Origin: Candidatus Altimarinota bacterium | GTDB lineage: Bacteria; Patescibacteriota; Gracilibacteria; UBA1369 | DNA length: 64,000 nucleotides | Direction of reading: 5' to 3' | NCBI GenBank assembly: GCA_963677745.1 | Contig: OY782391.1 | Coordinates: 832,001 to 896,000, forward strand | Position numbers and translations under genes: made by a program | Notes under the pieces: model-generated | What the model was told of the DNA's origin: nothing | Seen by the model: only the letters and a program-made list of their open reading frames with translations | The model's database searches: none | Shown: positions 1 to 9,717 of the stretch, in pieces | How positions within the stretch are numbered: position 1 is the first letter of the stretch | Layout of the letters: each line of letters starts with the position of its first letter

Positions 1-32
1 GGTTAAAACATGCATTGGGATTGGATGTGCCT

Positions 33-96
33 GTCTATAGACGACTATAGAAGGCGTATGACAAGTGTCTATAGACTTCTATAGACATCTTCAGAT
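33..96. repeat. Array of 10-bp palindromic units (GTCTATAGAC and variants)
   Basis: GTCTATAGAC at 33-42 and 67-76; variants GACTATAGAA 43-52 and TTCTATAGAC 77-86; weaker ATCTTCAGAT 87-96. Confidence 0.75.
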
Positions 97-150
97 GTCC
101 GTAATATAATTATTACGAAATTCCTTTTTTGAATAATTAAACATACTGAA

Positions 151-831
151 ATGCAGGTGATAGACCGCAAACAGGCTGCCGATATGCTCAATGTTTCGAT
201 CCGTACGGTGGATCGGTATATTCAAAAAGGCGAGCTGGAAAAGGAAGAGGTAAACGGACGTATTTTCATCAGAACCGTCGGGCTCAAGAAACTTCTGGAA
301 AAGAAGAAATTACAGGAAAGATATCTGGCTGAAATCGAGACCCTTTCCCCTCCTCCCGAAAAGTCCGAAAGTTTCGACCGATCCCCTTCTTCCGAGCGGG
401 ATGCTGCGATTGAAGCAAATTATACCGACGAGGGCAGTGGATACTATGGCGGCGGGGCTCCGGAGGACGGAAACATTTACAAAAAACTCTATGAAGAGTC
501 ACAGGAAGAATTAAAGCTCAAACAGGAGCGTCTGGAAGGGGCTAATTACCGTGTCGGACAGCTGGAAGGTCTGCTCAAGGAAACCGTCCCCCTGCTCGAA
601 TACAAGAAAGCCCTGGCCGAACAGGAGCGACAGCGCGAGGAACTGGAGGATTTACTAAAGACTTTTGAAAAAGACAATGAACTCCTGAGTCAGACCGTCG
701 AATCCAAAAGCACCGAATTGGTTCAGATCGGAGAAAGGCTGAAAGGGGAGCGTTTCAACAAAAAAATATTTATCATCATCCTGATAATTCTGTTTCTGCT
801 CCAGCCGTTATGGCTTATTTTTCCTGCGTAA
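151..831 (+). CDS. HTH_17/MerR-like DNA-binding protein with coiled coil and C-terminal TM anchor
   Basis: N-term IDRKQAADMLNVSIRTVDRYIQKG; E/K/L-rich heptad middle; hydrophobic C-term IFIIILIILFLLQPLWLIF. Confidence 0.8.
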   Translation: MQVIDRKQAADMLNVSIRTVDRYIQKGELEKEEVNGRIFIRTVGLKKLLEKKKLQERYLAEIETLSPPPEKSESFDRSPSSERDAAIEANYTDEGSGYYGGGAPEDGNIYKKLYEESQEELKLKQERLEGANYRVGQLEGLLKETVPLLEYKKALAEQERQREELEDLLKTFEKDNELLSQTVESKSTELVQIGERLKGERFNKKIFIIILIILFLLQPLWLIFPA

Positions 832-1462
832 GCGGCTGCAAGTCGAGCTCTTCCTGTTCTGTTACGGAAATGCTGTATTCCGGTTTATATCCTTGTATCC
901 TGGATACTATGCCTCCGGCCTGTTTGAGTGCTCCGGCCAAAGTTTTCTGATCCCCGATTGCCTCAAATCTGAAAGGGGGACTGAGTATTTCTCCTCCCAG
1001 CAGTATTTGTCCGTTGGGCATGGTGTCGAACCCCAGATTGTCGGGGGTAATTCTGATGTTATTGACACTTACCGCTTCGGCGCCGGCTGAATAAAGTTCA
1101 TTGACCATGTCGGTAAACCACAAAGCTTCCAGTTCCCCGCTGATTTCAATTTTTATTCCCGGGCCTTTGGCTGCCTTTCTGCCGGAAATAATATTATATT
1201 TTTCAATTTCCTTTCTGATATTTTCCAGGGTCTGTTCCTTGTCGCTGCTGGCCGCCAAATCCTTTTGTAATTCCTCGACCTGGTCATTTAAATTCTGATT
1301 GCTCTTTTTGACTATCTGGATTTCCTTGAAAACGCTGATACGGCTTTCTCTGTTGTAATATTCATTGGCCTGGCTGACCGATTTGGACTGAAAGGAAAAA
1401 AGCAGTCCCATCAGGAGCCCCGTGCCCAGCATCACCAAAAGTCTCGGCAGATTTTCTTTCAT
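815..1462 (-). CDS. DUF881 family protein (YlxW/YlxX-like)
   Basis: N-term TM, coiled coil, GPGIKI, VNELYSAGAEAVSVN, PFRFEAIGD motifs. Confidence 0.85.
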   Translation of the reverse strand: MKENLPRLLVMLGTGLLMGLLFSFQSKSVSQANEYYNRESRISVFKEIQIVKKSNQNLNDQVEELQKDLAASSDKEQTLENIRKEIEKYNIISGRKAAKGPGIKIEISGELEALWFTDMVNELYSAGAEAVSVNNIRITPDNLGFDTMPNGQILLGGEILSPPFRFEAIGDQKTLAGALKQAGGIVSRIQGYKPEYSISVTEQEELDLQPLTQEK

Positions 1463-2178
1463 ATTTGCACGTATTTTAAGAGGTAGTCTCCGTCATAGAT
1501 CGGCAGCACGGCCAGATTCATCTTTTCGATTTCAAAACCGACCTGTTTATTCTTGATGCGATTGTAGAGATCGGGATAAGACTGCTGGTCGCTCAGACGG
1601 TTGGCGATCAGTTCCGTGTCGCCTACTACGGTAATCTCGTAAGGTGAAACCACCTTCACTTTGTTGATTAATATCTCGCTGCCCAGGGCATTGACGGTCG
1701 AATTGGGTGTAATGCGCTGCCCGTTGATGCTGATTCCTTCCACCTTGGCGGTTCGCAGCAGGTTAATCAGATCCCGCAGATCGGCGGCATGGATCAGATT
1801 GGCTTCGTTGGAAGCGCTTTTATCGTTGGAATTCTCCCAGAATTTGATGCGGATTCCGCTGCCGCGCAATTTGGTCAATCCCAGCTCCTGCCTCAGTGTT
1901 TCCAGTGTATCGAGTTTGGCCTGGTCGGCAGTCAGCTGCAATTTTGCCTGGTTGTCCTCGATTTTTTTTCGCAGATCGGCAATGGTATTTTTCAGACTGA
2001 CCCGGTCTTCGTCAAAACTGGCCAACAGCTCTTTTTGTGCGTTTATTTCGTCAACAATGAAAGAATTGGCTGCCACCGAACTCTGGAATTGGGCAGCCAG
2101 TAAGACACCTATCAGCACTCCCGCCACCACAAAGCTGACGATCAGGGCATTGAATGATTTAAAGGCTTTCCAGTTCAT
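1459..2178 (-). CDS. DUF881 family protein (YlxW/YlxX-like)
   Basis: N-term TM, GSGIRI, IHAADLRDLINLL, GISINGQR, PYEITVVGD; overlaps its paralog by 4 nt. Confidence 0.85.
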   Translation of the reverse strand: MNWKAFKSFNALIVSFVVAGVLIGVLLAAQFQSSVAANSFIVDEINAQKELLASFDEDRVSLKNTIADLRKKIEDNQAKLQLTADQAKLDTLETLRQELGLTKLRGSGIRIKFWENSNDKSASNEANLIHAADLRDLINLLRTAKVEGISINGQRITPNSTVNALGSEILINKVKVVSPYEITVVGDTELIANRLSDQQSYPDLYNRIKNKQVGFEIEKMNLAVLPIYDGDYLLKYVQI

Positions 2179-2198
2179 AGAACGATATTAAGACAAAT

Positions 2199-3623
2199 TC
2201 AGGCGCTTGCCAAATTTCTGACCGAATCTTTAAAAAGTTTTCCCCTTTCCTCAAAATTTTTAAACAGGTTGTAACTGGGGGACGCGCATGACAAAAGGCA
2301 GATGGTTCCGGACGGAGTGACCCGGTAGGCTTCTTTTGCGCAGTCCTGCATCGTCTGGCAATGAATCAGCAGGGGAGCGGGATGGCCGGTTTGCGGGAGG
2401 TTTTTAAGTAAGGTTTTTACCGCTTCCTCAATCTTAAATCCGGTTTCCGGCAGCAGAATCAGATTGGAAATTTTGGATTTGACGATCAGGGCGGCCATGG
2501 CTTCAAAATTATAACCTCTATCCAGGCCCCCGGCGATCAGCGTGCCAACCGGTTTTTCACGGACCAGCGCCTCCATGGCCGCCATGGTGGACTCGGGCGT
2601 GGTGGAAATTGCATCATTGTAAAAAGTAATTCCTTTAAATTGCCCCACCAGTTCCAGCCGGTGCTCCAGCGGGCTGAATTCGGACAGCGCTTTGACCAGC
2701 ACTGCATCATCGATTTTCAGAATTTCGGCTACCCGGATTACGGCCAGCATATTTTCAAGATTATGTCTGCCCTGCAGTTTGATCTGATCCTCGCGGACAA
2801 TAGTTTTTCCGCTTCTTCTGGCTACCAGCAATCCGTTTTCAGTCTCTACGCCGCTCCCGATTTTATCATTGAACGGCAATACGCGGATGTCCCCCTGGAA
2901 AGCGCGTGCATATTTTTCGAAATAATCCCTCAGTCTTTCCTGTGCGGCATTGTAGATCACGGTAAACCCCGGCTGTGGCTGGGCGACCAGTTTCATTTTT
3001 GCTTCAAAATAACTGTCCAGATCGCCGTGATAATCCAGGTGTTCGGGAAAAAAACTGACCAGCACTGCAATTTCCGCCCCTCCCCGAAAATCCTCCAGCT
3101 GATAGCTGGACATCTCAAAAACGTAAGTAATATCCGCTTCATCATTGGCCAGATAATCCAGTGAAGCCTTGCCGATATTACCGATCAGTTCGCTTTTGAT
3201 TCCGGCGGTTTTCAAAAGCTGCCAAATCAGACTGGCCGTGGTGCTTTTTCCTTTTGATCCTGTCACGGCAATCACCCTGCCCTTTTTATATTTGAAAAAA
3301 AGATTGGTGGCGGACTCCATTTTGACACCCGAAAGCTTGGCCTGCTCTATCTGTTTCTGCCGCGGATTGATGCCCGGCGATCTGATTATGGCGTCAAATT
3401 CACGCAGATGTCCCAGATAGCTTTCACCGAAAAAACGGTTTTCCATTTTCACGTCCGCCAATTGTCCCAGTTCCTCGCGCGTCAGTTTTGCAGATTCCTT
3501 CCGGTCGGCTACCCCGATTTCCAGGGCCGGCCATTTATTCTTCATAAAACGCAAAACGGATTGGCCTTCCCGGCCGAATCCCAGTATCAAAATCTTTTTT
3601 CCCGACCAGTCAAAATCATTCAT
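2199..3623 (-). CDS. murD: UDP-MurNAc-L-Ala:glutamate ligase (MurD, probably L-Glu-adding MurD2 type)
   Basis: LGFGREG, RSPGI, VTGSKGKSTT, EMSSYQL, EHRLE, FYNDAIST, SYNLFKNFEERG; coupled to murL. Confidence 0.92.
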   Translation of the reverse strand: MNDFDWSGKKILILGFGREGQSVLRFMKNKWPALEIGVADRKESAKLTREELGQLADVKMENRFFGESYLGHLREFDAIIRSPGINPRQKQIEQAKLSGVKMESATNLFFKYKKGRVIAVTGSKGKSTTASLIWQLLKTAGIKSELIGNIGKASLDYLANDEADITYVFEMSSYQLEDFRGGAEIAVLVSFFPEHLDYHGDLDSYFEAKMKLVAQPQPGFTVIYNAAQERLRDYFEKYARAFQGDIRVLPFNDKIGSGVETENGLLVARRSGKTIVREDQIKLQGRHNLENMLAVIRVAEILKIDDAVLVKALSEFSPLEHRLELVGQFKGITFYNDAISTTPESTMAAMEALVREKPVGTLIAGGLDRGYNFEAMAALIVKSKISNLILLPETGFKIEEAVKTLLKNLPQTGHPAPLLIHCQTMQDCAKEAYRVTPSGTICLLSCASPSYNLFKNFEERGKLFKDSVRNLASA

Positions 3624-4989
3624 ATTTTTTCAATAATTGCCGGAATTTGGCAGGGATAAATGGGGCCTGCTGCCCGGCCAGAATTTTTTGCCGTTCTTTT
3701 TTCCAGTCTTTTTTTCCCAGTTTGGGCAAAATCTTTTCCCGGAAAAATTTCACCAGCATAGAATCCTCATATTCCTCTTTCTGGCTGATCATCCACATGG
3801 CCAGTTGGCTTTCCTCGGAAGTGCCCACGCATTCAAAAGGCTTGAAATTTTTGACTCCCAACAGTTCCTGCAGCAGCGGCAGCAGATCATGTCTTTCCAG
3901 CAGATTGGAACCGAAAATCAGCATCAGCGTGGCTTTGTCGATAAAAGGCGCCAGAATAATAAATACAAACAGACATTTCGGACAATCGCAGCACCACAGG
4001 GTGGTGGAGCCCGATTTGTGTATTTTAAAATTACCGTTGCAGCTGGTAAAGACGCCGGCATATCTGTCCAGGTTGGGCAGACCGGCAAACATCTCGGCAA
4101 TTTTCAGCTCGTTATAGCCGCGCAGCAGGCTGAAAAATTGCACGCCGGAATGGATGTATTTTTTAACGTATTCCCGGAAATCCGCCTCAAATTCTTCGCT
4201 TTTGGAATACTGATGGTTGATGTCCATTCCGTGAAAGATCAGCTGGCCGCTGTTGGCCGATTTTTCCAGCGACATCACCAGATATTTGTGTCCGTAAACA
4301 ATCGAACAGATTAGCAGCAGAAAAGAAATGTAGCCGGTGATCGGCACATGGCCGTTATAAGCGCCTTCTTCATTCAGTTTGAAGAGCAGGCTGTCCAGCT
4401 GCCTTTCCACCACGATCCTGGGGATTTCCAGCACATGGGCGGTATTGGCGATGGGGGCGGCATTGCGCAGTGAGATCAGGGTCATATCGACGCCCGCTTT
4501 CTTGAGTATTTCGGCTGTCACTATCGAATCCTTGCCGCCCCCAATCGGCACCAGGGCCGACTCATTAAGAGCGGTCCGCGCGGGCTTTGGGCCTTCCGCC
4601 AATCTCGAAACAGGAAAATTAATCAGTCCCCGGAAATCCAGTTTATTCCTGTAAAAAAACTCCCCCAAACCCCGCTCATAAACTTTTTTCCAGAACGACG
4701 CCTGTTCCGAGTCCAGTTCCAGACCGGCCATCTCTCCCGGCAAATAGGTTTTATAATAGCTGATGCCTCCGATGATGTGCAGGGCTGCCACGGCTTTATC
4801 CAGAGCCTTAACCAGTTCCGGCGGAATTACTTTCCAGTCCACCGGCAGCCCCAGTGTCTCCTGGAAAAAAACTTTTTTATCCAGACTGTAATGCAGATCG
4901 ATCAATAATTTGCCTTCGCCGTTCAGACGATAGGCCCATTTTTCAAACCAGAATTTATTGTATGTCTTTTCCGCGGGCACTTTTGACAT
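3616..4989 (-). CDS. murL: UDP-MurNAc-L-Ala-L-Glu epimerase MurL
   Basis: GISYYKTY, GLGEFFY, VPIGGGKDS, NGHVPIT, NHQYSKS, WCCDCPKCLFVF, KPFECVG; alternative TTG start at 5001. Confidence 0.88.
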   Translation of the reverse strand: MSKVPAEKTYNKFWFEKWAYRLNGEGKLLIDLHYSLDKKVFFQETLGLPVDWKVIPPELVKALDKAVAALHIIGGISYYKTYLPGEMAGLELDSEQASFWKKVYERGLGEFFYRNKLDFRGLINFPVSRLAEGPKPARTALNESALVPIGGGKDSIVTAEILKKAGVDMTLISLRNAAPIANTAHVLEIPRIVVERQLDSLLFKLNEEGAYNGHVPITGYISFLLLICSIVYGHKYLVMSLEKSANSGQLIFHGMDINHQYSKSEEFEADFREYVKKYIHSGVQFFSLLRGYNELKIAEMFAGLPNLDRYAGVFTSCNGNFKIHKSGSTTLWCCDCPKCLFVFIILAPFIDKATLMLIFGSNLLERHDLLPLLQELLGVKNFKPFECVGTSEESQLAMWMISQKEEYEDSMLVKFFREKILPKLGKKDWKKERQKILAGQQAPFIPAKFRQLLKKYE

Positions 4990-5045
4990 TTTATTTGCCA
5001 ATTAAACGGACTTCATATTAGCATAAAAAGGATAAAAATCTATCA

Positions 5046-6251
5046 ATGTCCGAACAAAAAGCCGGTCTGCCTGAAAAAAAAGTTCTCTTCGGTCCGAATA
5101 CCTGGAAATGGCTGGTGGCTTTATGGGTTTTGCTGATTATTACCTTCTTTCTGGATAACTCACTGCTCCGGCGCGGCGTCGGACTGCGCTTTTCCTGGCT
5201 GGACGGGCTGATGCTTTATCTGACCGATTTCGGCATGTTCTTCTTTGCGGTTGTGATCACAATCAGTCTGCTTTTGCAGAAAAAATTCCGCTGGCTCGCT
5301 TTGCTCGCACTCAGCCTGGTGATCAGTTTTGAATTCAGTTATCTGCTCAAACTGATTTTCCAGAGTCCCCGTCCCTATTTCAATCTGGAAATTGCCATTA
5401 TTCCGCTTACCCAGGCGGCCGGCTATTCATTTCCCAGCCTGCATTCAGCGTTTTGTCTGGGCATAATTCCCTTCCTGGGCAAGATCTTTGAAAATCGCTT
5501 TAAACAATTGGCCGGTTTACTGATAGCTGTCATTATCGCCCTCAGCCGGGCCTATCTGGGCGTGCATTATTTTTCGGACATTTTGGCCGGGGGAGCCATC
5601 GGATTCCTGATTTCCCTGCTGGCGATACGCATTGAAGATACTTATCATTTCACCGAATGGTTCCAGGAGCACGTGAAAAGCAAGCTGGAACTGCGCCGAC
5701 AGATTGCCCATCTGGTGATCGGCAGCATACTGGTTTTTCTGATTGAACTTAAGCTGCTGACTGTGAATCTACTGGCCATTATTTTGATTGTCAGCGTCGG
5801 CCTGTCCCTGCTTTACCGCTACCGCCCGGTGCCGCTTATCCACGAGCTGCTGGGCTATCTGGAGAGAGAAAGGGACATTACCGTTTTTCCCGGAAAAGGT
5901 TTTATTTTTATGATATTGGGCGCGCTGTTATCGCTGTTTATTTTCCCCGTTACCATTGCCAAGGCGGCCATCATTGTGCTGGCGGTGGGGGATTCAATCT
6001 CCCACATTGTCGGCCGTTACTTTGGCAAGACGCGGGTGCCTTTCAGTAAAAACAAGATGCTGGAGGGAACCGTGGTGGCGATCGTCTTTGCCACGCTCTC
6101 GGCACTGCTTTTTGTCGATTTCCCCAAGGCCTTTCTGGCCTCTCTACTAACCGTTACTTTCGAATCCGTCTACCCGGAAAAGCTGGGCCGCTATTTGGAC
6201 GACAATCTGCTGGTCCCCCTTCTTGCCGGTACCATCATGGTACTGCTCTGA
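5046..6251 (+). CDS. PAP2 phosphatase fused to SEC59/DGK1/VTE5-like CTP-dependent polyprenol kinase
   Basis: PAP2 motifs KLIFQSPRP, FPSLHS, SRAYLGVHYFSD; kinase motifs RQIAH, GDSISHIVGRYFG, KMLEG, DDNLLVP. Confidence 0.85.
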   Translation: MSEQKAGLPEKKVLFGPNTWKWLVALWVLLIITFFLDNSLLRRGVGLRFSWLDGLMLYLTDFGMFFFAVVITISLLLQKKFRWLALLALSLVISFEFSYLLKLIFQSPRPYFNLEIAIIPLTQAAGYSFPSLHSAFCLGIIPFLGKIFENRFKQLAGLLIAVIIALSRAYLGVHYFSDILAGGAIGFLISLLAIRIEDTYHFTEWFQEHVKSKLELRRQIAHLVIGSILVFLIELKLLTVNLLAIILIVSVGLSLLYRYRPVPLIHELLGYLERERDITVFPGKGFIFMILGALLSLFIFPVTIAKAAIIVLAVGDSISHIVGRYFGKTRVPFSKNKMLEGTVVAIVFATLSALLFVDFPKAFLASLLTVTFESVYPEKLGRYLDDNLLVPLLAGTIMVLL

Positions 6252-6266
6252 AGATTTTTGCCTAAC

Positions 6267-6337
6267 CGGTCAGGAGACTTCCTTGACCGAAAGCTGGGGC
6301 AGGGGCCCCATTTGAGGGCAGGGAGGTCTCCTGACTG
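6267..6337 (+). other. Long intergenic stem-loop upstream of lysS
   Basis: GTCAGGAGAC 6269-6278 pairs perfectly with GTCTCCTGAC 6326-6335, extendable to ~19 bp with G-U pairs; inner hairpin TGGGGC-AGGG-GCCCCA. Confidence 0.6.
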
Positions 6338-6422
6338 TCTTTGTGAATGAATTTGCAGCAGACAGCAGCAATGAGGTATATTTTACCCGCTGTTTTTGAT
6401 AAGTGCTTTTAATTATTAGAAC

Positions 6423-7979
6423 ATGACTGAAAATGTGGCCGCCCCCAATCCCTCCGCTCCCGTGCTCAACGAATTTGAAGAAAGAAGCAAGAAACTGACC
6501 GAACTGAAGGATCAGAAAATCCAGACTTATGTCGGACGGTATAAGCGTACCCATACCGCCGCTCAGGCACAGCAATTTGCCAAAACCACTACTCCCCGCC
6601 AGCTTGAGGAAATCGTGGCTGCCCCCAACGCCAAAATCAAACTGTCCGGCCGCCTGATGCTGATGCGTCCGCACGGTAAATTGACTTTTGCCCAGCTGCG
6701 GGACGTTACCGGGCAGATTCAGATCTGTTTCATGCAGGACTTCGTCGGCGCGGATGCCTATAAAATGTTGCGTAAAATCGACATTGGAGATTTTCTGGGC
6801 GTACAGGGCGAACTCTTTACCACCCGTCACGGAGAGACCACCTTGTTGGTAAAAACCTACACACTTTTAAGCAAAACACTTCGTCCCCTGCCTGAAAAAT
6901 TTCACGGCCTGGCCGATACGGAAACCAAATACCGTTATCGTTATCTCGATTTGCTGGCCGATCAGAACGCCTGGCAGAGATTCCATTTCCGCACCAGGCT
7001 GATTCAGGAAATCCGCCGTTTTTTGGATAAGCAGAATTTTGATGAAGTGGAGACCCCCATTCTGACCACTATTGCCTCCGGCGCCACGGCCAAGCCTTTT
7101 ACCACACATCACATGGCGCTGGATTTGCCCTGCTACCTGCGCATCGCACCGGAAACATATCTCAAGCGCTGTATTGTGGGCGGCTATGAAAAAGTCTATG
7201 AATTTGCCAAATGTTTTCGCAATGAGGGAATGGATCCCAGCCATCTGCAGGAATTCACCATGCTGGAGTATTACGCGGCCTACTGGGACTACAAAGACAA
7301 CATGAATTTTACCGAAAAAATGATCAAACATGTTCTCAAGAAATTGTTGGGAACACTGCAGATCGAGGCCCTGGATCGCGATGGAAATACCCAGGTGATC
7401 AACTTTGATGGCAAATGGCCCCGTCTGAAATTTGTCGATCTGATCAAAGGTGACTGCGGAATAGATATTATGAAGCATTATGGCGACGCCAAGGCCATGC
7501 TTTCGGAAATTCGCGCCAAAGGCATCCAGATCGAGAAAGCCGATACCATGGGGTACGGCAATCTTTGTGACGCGCTTTATAAAAAAGTCAGCCGTCCCAA
7601 GCTGATTCAGCCCTGCTTTGTGATCAAGCATCCCGTGGACACCAAACCTCTCGCCCGCCGCAGCGACCAGGATCACCGCATCGCCGACACCTTTCAGCTC
7701 CTGATCAATACCTGGGAGGTTATCAACGCCTATTCGGAGCTGGTCGACCCGCTTGATCAGCGCGAACGTCTGGAGAAACAGGTGGATGCTAAAAATGCCG
7801 GCGACGAAGAAGCCATGCCGATGGACGAAGATTATATTTATGCCATGGAACACGGCATGCCGCCGATCAGTGGCTGGGGCATGGGCATCGACCGCTTTAT
7901 GGCCCTGCTGACCAGACAGGACAATCTCAAAGACACCATTCTCTTTCCGTTGATGAAGCCCGAACGCGAAATTAAATAA
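6423..7979 (+). CDS. lysS: Lysine--tRNA ligase (class II)
   Basis: OB fold, YRYRYLDL, YLRIAPETYLKR, FRNEG, GWGMGIDR. Confidence 0.98.
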   Translation: MTENVAAPNPSAPVLNEFEERSKKLTELKDQKIQTYVGRYKRTHTAAQAQQFAKTTTPRQLEEIVAAPNAKIKLSGRLMLMRPHGKLTFAQLRDVTGQIQICFMQDFVGADAYKMLRKIDIGDFLGVQGELFTTRHGETTLLVKTYTLLSKTLRPLPEKFHGLADTETKYRYRYLDLLADQNAWQRFHFRTRLIQEIRRFLDKQNFDEVETPILTTIASGATAKPFTTHHMALDLPCYLRIAPETYLKRCIVGGYEKVYEFAKCFRNEGMDPSHLQEFTMLEYYAAYWDYKDNMNFTEKMIKHVLKKLLGTLQIEALDRDGNTQVINFDGKWPRLKFVDLIKGDCGIDIMKHYGDAKAMLSEIRAKGIQIEKADTMGYGNLCDALYKKVSRPKLIQPCFVIKHPVDTKPLARRSDQDHRIADTFQLLINTWEVINAYSELVDPLDQRERLEKQVDAKNAGDEEAMPMDEDYIYAMEHGMPPISGWGMGIDRFMALLTRQDNLKDTILFPLMKPEREIK

Positions 7980-7994
7980 CATCAACAGGCCCCT

Positions 7995-9707
7995 ATGTCC
8001 CATCCCCGGGTGACCGGCACCCTGACACATCTCAAAAGTTTTTTAAGCAAGCGCAAAACGCCGCTTCTGGTAATCTTCTTTGTGGTGTTTTTTCTGACCA
8101 CCTTTGTCATTTCCGTGACCGGCGGACTGCGGGTGTTTTTCCCTTATCTGGGCGAATTGACGGGCTTCCCTTTCGGACAGAAAACTTATCTGGTGATATT
8201 TCAAAATAACAATGAGCTGCGGCCGGCGGGCGGATTCATTTCCTCTTTTGGCACCGTGCAGCTCACCGCCGGCCTGCCCACCCGCATTCAGATCGAAGAT
8301 GTTTACGGTACCATCGATGAACACGATCGCCTGCCCGCCCCCTGGCCGATGGAGAAACTTCTGGCCAACGAATGGTACAAGGGCTACACCTTCCGCGACG
8401 GCAATTACAGCCCAAATTTTCCCGATACGGCCGGTGAATTGCTGCGACTTTTTCATCTGACCCGTCCTGACGATAAAATCAACGGAGTGGTGGCAGTTAA
8501 TTTCCGCGTGCTGGAAGATTTGCTGGATGCTCTTGGGCCGATTGAGGTGGAAGGGAAATATCTTTCCAAGGACAATTTGTTTGAAGAGCTGACCAACCAG
8601 GTCAATGATGTCGACCGCCATAATCTGGAATCCCTGGCCAATCGCAAGTCTATCCTCAAATCGCTGGCCGACGCCATCATCAAAAAGATTGCTCTCAATC
8701 CTTTCAAACTGCGCAAGATTTCCGACGTAATCACCAGAAGCCTCAGCCGCAAGGATTTGCAGCTGTTTTTTTTCAATCAGAATCTGCAGCAGCTGGCCGA
8801 AAAGAACGGCTGGGCGGGGGAGTGGCCGGCCGCCGTCAGCGGCGATTTTCTGGCCATTAATGAGGCCAATCTGGGCGGAATGAAATCCGACCGGTATATC
8901 AACCGCCACATTACTTATCATGTGAAATTCACTGAAGATTATTTTACCTCAGACGCACTGCCAAGCGCCGAACTCACTCTCGATCTGAATCATTTCGGAA
9001 TTGAAAACATTCCATTGTCCGGGCCCTACACCGGCTATTTCCGTTTTTACAGCCGGCCGGAGCAGGTCAAGACGGCTTTCGCGGAGGGTCAGCCCGCCGC
9101 CATTTCCTCCGATCGCCCCTTGGAAGACCTGATCAAAATGAATCCCGGGGATTCCAAAACCGTTGTCAAATCCTACAACCTTTCCCGCAATGTGCTGACA
9201 GACAATCAGTATTCACTTTACATCCCCAAACAGGCCGGCACGGACGCCGACCTATATACCATCATTGTCGAATTGCCCCGCGGTTACCGCGTGGAAAGCG
9301 ATGATTTTGACAGCCGGGAAAATATCGGTTTCTGGCAGGGCCCCCTTGGCAAAGATCTCCGGCTGCAGTTAAAAGTGCTGGACGACCAGACCCCGCCCCG
9401 CGTAGTCCTGCAGGAAAATAACGGACTGAATCACATCGCCATTCACTTCAACGAAGACCTCAACCAGAATTTCGCCTCCGACCCTTTCAGTTACGAGGTT
9501 TCCGACTTGGATCTTAAACACCCCGAAACTACCGACCAAATCCGCATCCGCAAAGTGGAAACCACTTCCAAAGACGTGGATATTTATCTGACCGGGCAAA
9601 CCGCGCAGCCGGAAGAACGTTATGGCGTGCGCCTGAAAAACCTCCGCGACATTCACGGCAACGTGCTTTCCGACCGCCAGATTACGGTGGTTCAGAGGCT
9701 AAAATAA
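7995..9707 (+). CDS. DUF4012 domain membrane-anchored protein with C-terminal Ig-like domain
   Basis: YLVIFQNNNELRPAGGFI, RDGNYSPNFP, NEANLGGMKSD, PKQAG; C-term DQTPPRVV..IHFNE..LRDIHGN. Confidence 0.8.
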   Translation: MSHPRVTGTLTHLKSFLSKRKTPLLVIFFVVFFLTTFVISVTGGLRVFFPYLGELTGFPFGQKTYLVIFQNNNELRPAGGFISSFGTVQLTAGLPTRIQIEDVYGTIDEHDRLPAPWPMEKLLANEWYKGYTFRDGNYSPNFPDTAGELLRLFHLTRPDDKINGVVAVNFRVLEDLLDALGPIEVEGKYLSKDNLFEELTNQVNDVDRHNLESLANRKSILKSLADAIIKKIALNPFKLRKISDVITRSLSRKDLQLFFFNQNLQQLAEKNGWAGEWPAAVSGDFLAINEANLGGMKSDRYINRHITYHVKFTEDYFTSDALPSAELTLDLNHFGIENIPLSGPYTGYFRFYSRPEQVKTAFAEGQPAAISSDRPLEDLIKMNPGDSKTVVKSYNLSRNVLTDNQYSLYIPKQAGTDADLYTIIVELPRGYRVESDDFDSRENIGFWQGPLGKDLRLQLKVLDDQTPPRVVLQENNGLNHIAIHFNEDLNQNFASDPFSYEVSDLDLKHPETTDQIRIRKVETTSKDVDIYLTGQTAQPEERYGVRLKNLRDIHGNVLSDRQITVVQRLK

Positions 9708-9717
9708 ATTCCTGAAT

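Noticed and set aside
33-96. CRISPR array
   Set aside because: Units are only 10 bp with no unique spacers, and there are no cas genes
6867-8030. Long antisense ORFs over lysS (similarly over murA, argS, pcrA and the macroglobulin gene)
   Set aside because: Antisense shadows produced by codon bias in well-identified genes
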